DNA of 64,000 bases from an uncultured virus (IMG/VR IMGVR_UViG_3300030333_001711) (Duplodnaviria; Heunggongvirae; Uroviricota; Caudoviricetes), in the IMG/VR virus record IMGVR_UViG_3300030333_001711; one strand, written 5' to 3'. Of this stretch, positions 60,125 to 64,000 are shown piece by piece. The notes under the pieces are model-generated. The model searched no databases. It was not told the origin of the DNA and was given only the letters and a program-made list of their open reading frames with translations. Position 1 is the stretch's first letter. Every line of letters starts with the position of its first letter. Both the position numbers and the translations under genes were made by a program.

Positions 60125-60253
60125 ATGGCACAAGTAACTTATCGTGGTATCCCTTATGATACCGACGCTCGTGTACAGAGTCAGAAGACTCAACAACCAC
60201 AACAAAAGAATCTCGTTTATAGAGGTCTAAAAGTAAAGGAGGAGAACAAATGA
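60125..60253 (+). CDS. DUF4278-like YRG-motif peptide, 42 aa
   Basis: MAQVTYRGIPYDT...LVYRGLK; AGGAG RBS; typical partner of glutamine riboswitches. Confidence 0.8.
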   Translation: MAQVTYRGIPYDTDARVQSQKTQQPQQKNLVYRGLKVKEENK

Positions 60254-60342
60254 TGATTGTTACTCAGATAACCCTCCTTATGGCAGTTGCCCTTTCACTA
60301 TTTTATTTTGAAGTCCGTCTACTGCAAAGATTGGAGGGATAA
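60250..60342 (+). CDS. Small TM peptide, 30 aa
   Basis: Read by eye: MMIVTQITLLMAVALSLFYFEVRLLQRLEG; ATGA overlap, GGAG RBS. Confidence 0.5.
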   Translation: MMIVTQITLLMAVALSLFYFEVRLLQRLEG

Positions 60343-60347
60343 GGTCT

Positions 60348-60536
60348 ATGTTAAGAATCCATTTTAGTTGGGGTCTTGACTATGATTTACCAGAGTATGA
60401 TCCTGAGATCCACGATCCGAAAGAGGTCTTCGCTATGCTATGCTATAGAGGAGTTCATTACGCTAAATGGGTTCGATTAGATACATTCAATATAAATAAC
60501 TGGTTTCTGCATAACCCTAGACAAACAGAAAATTAA
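60348..60536 (+). CDS. Small protein with YRG motif
   Basis: LCYRGVHYAK; GGAGG RBS. Confidence 0.6.
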   Translation: MLRIHFSWGLDYDLPEYDPEIHDPKEVFAMLCYRGVHYAKWVRLDTFNINNWFLHNPRQTEN

Positions 60537-60547
60537 TGTTATAATAT

Positions 60548-60574
60548 AGAGATCCGCAAGGGTCTCTTTTTTTT
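60548..60574 (+). terminator. Rho-independent terminator
   Basis: AGAGATCC-GCAA-GGGTCTCT followed by T run. Confidence 0.85.
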
Positions 60575-60609
60575 ACTCGAACTAAATAATGACAAAAAGG
60601 AAACGTCCA

Positions 60610-61275
60610 ATGAAAATATTTCTAGACTGTTCTGATCCAGAATTACTTAAACCTGCAATAGAAACAGGTTTAGTTGATGGAGTAACAACAAACCCATCTC
60701 TAATGAAAAAGCAAGGGATGGAACCTATGGATGTAATCCAAAAAATTACAGAATTATTTTCGTGGAGTTCGTCAGTTAGTGCTGAAGTCGTTGGAGAAAC
60801 AGCAGACGATATGCTAGAGATGGCAGTAGACTACTATCAGATAGCACCTAACGTAACAATTAAATTACCCTGTAACGTAGAAGGATTGAAAGCGTGTAGT
60901 GATCTTACAGAAGATGGTATCAAAACAAATGTAACTTTAATCTTCTCAGAAGCACAAGCAGTTCTTGCAGCAAAAGCAGGTGCAACATATGTCTCACCTT
61001 TTGTAGGACGTGTTAATGACAATTCATTTGATGGTATAGGATTGATTAAAGGTATATCAGATTTGTATATGATGCACGACATAGAGACACAGATCTTATC
61101 TGCTTCTATAAGGGATGTTAAACAGGTCACAGACAGTTGGAAAGCAGGTGCTGATGTAGTTACTATGCCAATAGGTATTTTTTGGAAAATGTATCAACAC
61201 GTCTTGACAGACATAGGACTTGCACGTTTTAATGAAGACTGGAAAGCATTACAATCTGACTTACAAAATGGATAA
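60610..61275 (+). CDS. talC: Transaldolase (TalC/FSA family)
   Basis: MKIFLD, GVTTNPSL, TIKLP, NVTLIFS, YVSPFVGR, ASIR. Confidence 0.95.
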   Translation: MKIFLDCSDPELLKPAIETGLVDGVTTNPSLMKKQGMEPMDVIQKITELFSWSSSVSAEVVGETADDMLEMAVDYYQIAPNVTIKLPCNVEGLKACSDLTEDGIKTNVTLIFSEAQAVLAAKAGATYVSPFVGRVNDNSFDGIGLIKGISDLYMMHDIETQILSASIRDVKQVTDSWKAGADVVTMPIGIFWKMYQHVLTDIGLARFNEDWKALQSDLQNG

Positions 61276-61417
61276 AGACAAACTCAAAGTTTTGATTGGA
61301 GAATTGAAGTATCTAATCAACGAACTTGAATCAGAAGTCTACTCAGATGTTACTACATATACTGAGGGACCTGATCATTTACCACAGTATGAACAAGAAG
61401 GAGTCGAACACGAATGA
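61268..61417 (+). CDS. Hypothetical protein, 49 aa
   Basis: MDKDKLKVLIGELKYLINELESEVYSD. Confidence 0.6.
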   Translation: MDKDKLKVLIGELKYLINELESEVYSDVTTYTEGPDHLPQYEQEGVEHE

Positions 61418-61856
61418 ACAACACTATGATAACCCGTGGATCTTTGATAGCAATATCTTTAACAGCACTGACATTGGGAGTAGTTACGGGTTCGTCTATG
61501 TCATCACAAACGAACGCACTGGACAAAAGTATATCGGACGCAAATACTTTGTTCAAAAACGAAAACCTAGAGGTGGAGGTAGGAGACGTACGAGTGAAAG
61601 CGACTGGAAGAATTACTATGGAAGTTGTCCAGATCTTAAGCGAGATATTAAGGAGTACGGAAAGCAATGTTTTTCCAGAAGAATACTCTCCTTACATCCC
61701 ACCGTTGGAAAGACAAACTATGAAGAGACACGACAACTTTTTGCCAACAATGTATTAACAGAAAAATTAAAAGACGGTACACCTGCATACTATAACAGCA
61801 ACATACTTGGTCGTTATTATAAAAAAGACTATTACGATTCTGAATCCGTCACATAG
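61389..61856 (+). CDS. GIY-YIG family endonuclease (start uncertain)
   Basis: GFVYVITN..KYIGRK, ESDWKNYYGS, YYNSNI. Confidence 0.8.
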   Translation: MNKKESNTNEQHYDNPWIFDSNIFNSTDIGSSYGFVYVITNERTGQKYIGRKYFVQKRKPRGGGRRRTSESDWKNYYGSCPDLKRDIKEYGKQCFSRRILSLHPTVGKTNYEETRQLFANNVLTEKLKDGTPAYYNSNILGRYYKKDYYDSESVT

Positions 61857-61880
61857 ACCCCTACACAGGGGTCTTTTTTT
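61855..61880 (+). terminator. Rho-independent terminator
   Basis: AGACCCCT-ACAC-AGGGGTCT followed by T run. Confidence 0.85.
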
Positions 61881-61910
61881 GTGTATAATAAGTACACTAA
61901 CAATATTATT

Positions 61911-62165
61911 ATGCAACTAATTCACGAGAGATTCCCATACAAGTATGTTACTTGTGGTGATCTAGAGATCAATGGCAAACCAGATTGTCGTATTCTAAAG
62001 TTTGATGAGTACACAGAGAGATACAAAACAATGTACTACTGTGACAATATGGATCAGATGATGACCGCTATAGAGGACTTCGAGTACACCAAATGGTTAG
62101 ACCCATCAGGACCTCCTTGTTACGTACGTGACAGTTCTGATACAGATGCTACACTAATCTCGTAA
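61911..62165 (+). CDS. Conserved cyanophage hypothetical protein
   Basis: ERFPYKYV..NGKPDCRI..MYYCDN..EDFEYTKWLDP; TGnTATAAT upstream. Confidence 0.65.
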   Translation: MQLIHERFPYKYVTCGDLEINGKPDCRILKFDEYTERYKTMYYCDNMDQMMTAIEDFEYTKWLDPSGPPCYVRDSSDTDATLIS

Positions 62166-62279
62166 TATAAGTTTACATATCAGCATATTAAGTAAGGATT
62201 TGTACTCATTTTATTAAAATACTTGACACAAATCTTTACAATGCTATATAATATATGTAACGTTTCTTTACAAAAGACA

Positions 62280-62477
62280 ATGACAGTTATTACTGAATCA
62301 GGTGGAAGACAAAATGCCTTCCCAACCGAAACCAGACCTTACATAGATGAGTCTGTTTCCTACGAAGGTTATCCTCAGAATGCTGAGAAAGTCAACGGTC
62401 GTTGGGCGATGATCGGATTCGTAGCATTGATAGGTGCATACGCAACTACAGGGCAAATCATTCCAGGTATCTTCTAA
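62280..62477 (+). CDS. hli: High-light inducible protein
   Basis: AEKVNGRWAMIGF...TGQIIPGIF; TTGACA promoter at 62223. Confidence 0.93.
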   Translation: MTVITESGGRQNAFPTETRPYIDESVSYEGYPQNAEKVNGRWAMIGFVALIGAYATTGQIIPGIF

Positions 62478-62590
62478 TGAACTATTGGAAGAACGCAGAG
62501 CAAACAAACGGTAGATTAGCAATGATGGGTTTCGCCATCGCTGTAATAAACTACGGTTTTACTGGATGGATAATTCCAGGATTCTATTAA
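62477..62590 (+). CDS. hli: High-light inducible protein
   Basis: AEQTNGRLAMMGF...TGWIIPG. Confidence 0.92.
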   Translation: MNYWKNAEQTNGRLAMMGFAIAVINYGFTGWIIPGFY

Positions 62591-62634
62591 TGAAATTTCA
62601 ATCACAATTCACAATCAACAAAGAGGAAAAACTA

Positions 62635-62742
62635 ATGACTCCAGAAGCAGAAAGATTTAACGGTTGGGCAGCAATGCTTGGTTTCGTTGCAGCAGTTGGT
62701 GCTTACACATTCACAGGTCAAATCATTCCAGGTATATTCTAA
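62635..62742 (+). CDS. hli: High-light inducible protein
   Basis: Read by eye: MTPEAERFNGWAAMLGFVAAVGAYTFTGQIIPGIF. Confidence 0.92.
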   Translation: MTPEAERFNGWAAMLGFVAAVGAYTFTGQIIPGIF

Positions 62743-62832
62743 ATGAAAAGACATCCTGTGCCACTTAGAATTGTGCCATACATTTTCGCAATGGCACTAG
62801 GAGCAAGTACATTAACAACCGCATTCGTATAA
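62743..62832 (+). CDS. Small hydrophobic peptide, 29 aa
   Basis: Read by eye: MKRHPVPLRIVPYIFAMALGASTLTTAFV; exactly fills the gap between hli genes. Confidence 0.5.
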   Translation: MKRHPVPLRIVPYIFAMALGASTLTTAFV

Positions 62833-62833
62833 A

Positions 62834-62968
62834 ATGACAAACAAAAAACCAATCGAAAAAGAAAAGTTAGTTGCTGAAAAACTAAACGGAAGACTAGCAA
62901 TGCTAGGTATCGTTGCAGGACTAGGTGCTTACTTAACTACAGGACAAATCATACCAGGATTTGTTTAA
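62834..62968 (+). CDS. hli: High-light inducible protein
   Basis: Read by eye: ..AEKLNGRLAMLGIVAGLGAYLTTGQIIPGFV. Confidence 0.92.
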   Translation: MTNKKPIEKEKLVAEKLNGRLAMLGIVAGLGAYLTTGQIIPGFV

Positions 62969-63156
62969 TGATCTTAGAGGCAGATTATAATACTTGGGTT
63001 AATACCATACTGTTTCCTTTTTTACCTGTAATTACGGTATTCTTATGCAGTTGGTTGATGCTAGGTGACTTGCCTTTTGATGATGACGATGATGATGACG
63101 ACGGTGGAGGAGGAGTAATGACTCCTGTTTATAACTACGCACCATCAGGAGCATAA
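62968..63156 (+). CDS. Small TM protein with poly-Asp/Gly tail
   Basis: TM segment then DDDDDDDDGGGG. Confidence 0.65.
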   Translation: MILEADYNTWVNTILFPFLPVITVFLCSWLMLGDLPFDDDDDDDDGGGGVMTPVYNYAPSGA

Positions 63157-63241
63157 TGAAGTATCAATTACTTTTTGCTGTAGTACTCGCAGCATTTGCC
63201 ATTAACGGCAATATAACAAGTTTATTTTACGCATAATATAT

Positions 63242-63273
63242 AAGGGTAGCACAAACTAACGCTACCCTTTTTT
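63242..63273 (+). terminator. Rho-independent terminator
   Basis: AAGGGTAGC-loop-GCTACCCTT followed by T run. Confidence 0.8.
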
Positions 63274-63441
63274 ATGAAATATAGACTTGAGTACCAGACA
63301 GAAAATTCAAACAAGTGGATTAAGATGAATAACTATCGTAATTTATCTGATGCAAAATCTGAATTTTATCTTTACCTCTGTAGACAATCTCAAAATATGG
63401 TCTACAATAAAACTAGAATAAGAAGAGTACAAGATGACTGA
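63274..63441 (+). CDS. Hypothetical protein, 55 aa
   Basis: Read by eye: MKYRLEYQTE...; overlaps next ORF. Confidence 0.45.
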   Translation: MKYRLEYQTENSNKWIKMNNYRNLSDAKSEFYLYLCRQSQNMVYNKTRIRRVQDD

Positions 63442-63613
63442 CCTTTCACTCAGAACAAAATCTTACCTACAACTGAAGAAGTATTTCAAAGTTTGTGACA
63501 ACCAAAAAGTCTACGAGTTCTGTGACTATTGGATCACAAGTGGAAACACTGACACAGATGGACTTGACGAAGCATTTCGTGTAAGATACAACATAGATAA
63601 ACTTGGAGACTAA
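63434..63613 (+). CDS. Hypothetical protein, 59 aa
   Basis: Read by eye: MTDLSLRTKSY..VYEFCDYWI.. Confidence 0.5.
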   Translation: MTDLSLRTKSYLQLKKYFKVCDNQKVYEFCDYWITSGNTDTDGLDEAFRVRYNIDKLGD

Positions 63614-63697
63614 CTTAATGAAAGTGTCATATTTGTTGATACTTCTTATAATATCTGCTATGGTATTATATCTCCCACAATTCGCCTATGTACGCTA

Positions 63698-63871
63698 ATG
63701 ATTTTTCTATCTTGTCCACCAGTATATACTCTTCCTGGAACTTGGACTAAATGTGAACACGCATTAATTCCACACTTTGAATTTAATGTAGGTCCATCAC
63801 TCGCAGTTTTCCTAGGACTAATTACAATAGGGATACTGATATACAGTACAACATCAATTAGAAAAGATTAA
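63698..63871 (+). CDS. Small TM protein, 57 aa
   Basis: Read by eye: MIFLSCPPVYTLPGTWTKCEHALIPH...LAVFLGLITIGILIY. Confidence 0.5.
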   Translation: MIFLSCPPVYTLPGTWTKCEHALIPHFEFNVGPSLAVFLGLITIGILIYSTTSIRKD

Positions 63872-63873
63872 TT

Positions 63874-64000
63874 ATGAGAAGAGAAATGTTAGAGGCACTG
63901 AAGTCACTCTCTATCGGCAACATCAAGAAAGCAAAGATGAACATTGAGATATATCTCAAGAGTCCTGTCGGTATTGGAGAACACCCTGACGTTTTAGGTG
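63874..64000 (+). CDS. Hypothetical protein, truncated by window end
   Basis: MRREMLEAL..NIEIYLKSPVGIGEHPDVLG. Confidence 0.55.
   Translation, partial: MRREMLEALKSLSIGNIKKAKMNIEIYLKSPVGIGEHPDVLG

Noticed and set aside
61389..61856. GIY-YIG gene as a mobile homing element
   Set aside because: Short single-domain protein without an evident DNA-binding tail and not interrupting a gene; more like a resident nuclease
63079..63113. GAT/GAC and GGA triplet runs as a repeat element
   Set aside because: Explained as coding poly-Asp/poly-Gly
1..64000. tRNA genes, integrase or transposon features
   Set aside because: No cloverleaf, recombinase or terminal-repeat signature recognised; intergenic gaps are mostly too short

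Overview
This window is a gene-dense, AT-rich, almost entirely plus-strand segment of a T4-like marine cyanophage (Kyanoviridae-type myovirus). The hli, pcyA and talC genes point to a Prochlorococcus/Synechococcus host. It holds the core morphogenesis block (gp17-gp23, gp3), recombination and replication genes (uvsY, uvsW, gp55, gp47/46, gp45/44/62, regA, gp43, uvsX, gp41, gp61, nrdAB) and host-like auxiliary genes (pcyA, cobS/vWA pair, hsp20, mazG, talC, four hli). It also has about eight 2OG-Fe(II) oxygenases, a Dam-type methylase, many T4-type late (TAAATA) and sigma70-type promoters, and intrinsic terminators. The most striking observations: (1) a doubled glnA-type glutamine riboswitch at 59650-60087 in which each P2 loop is expanded into a complete small protein-coding gene, upstream of a YRG-motif (DUF4278-like) peptide; (2) large, basic, modular proteins punctuated by repeated Glu-rich linkers that look like prohead-protease cleavage sites (candidate capsid-packaged polyproteins); (3) a near-consensus antisense promoter back-to-back with the gp55 promoter; (4) a highly structured leader on a small outer-membrane protein gene; (5) a convergent late envelope/secreted-protein module; (6) apparent avoidance of RGCY and CATG. 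All assignments come from motif recognition by eye; no searches were run.
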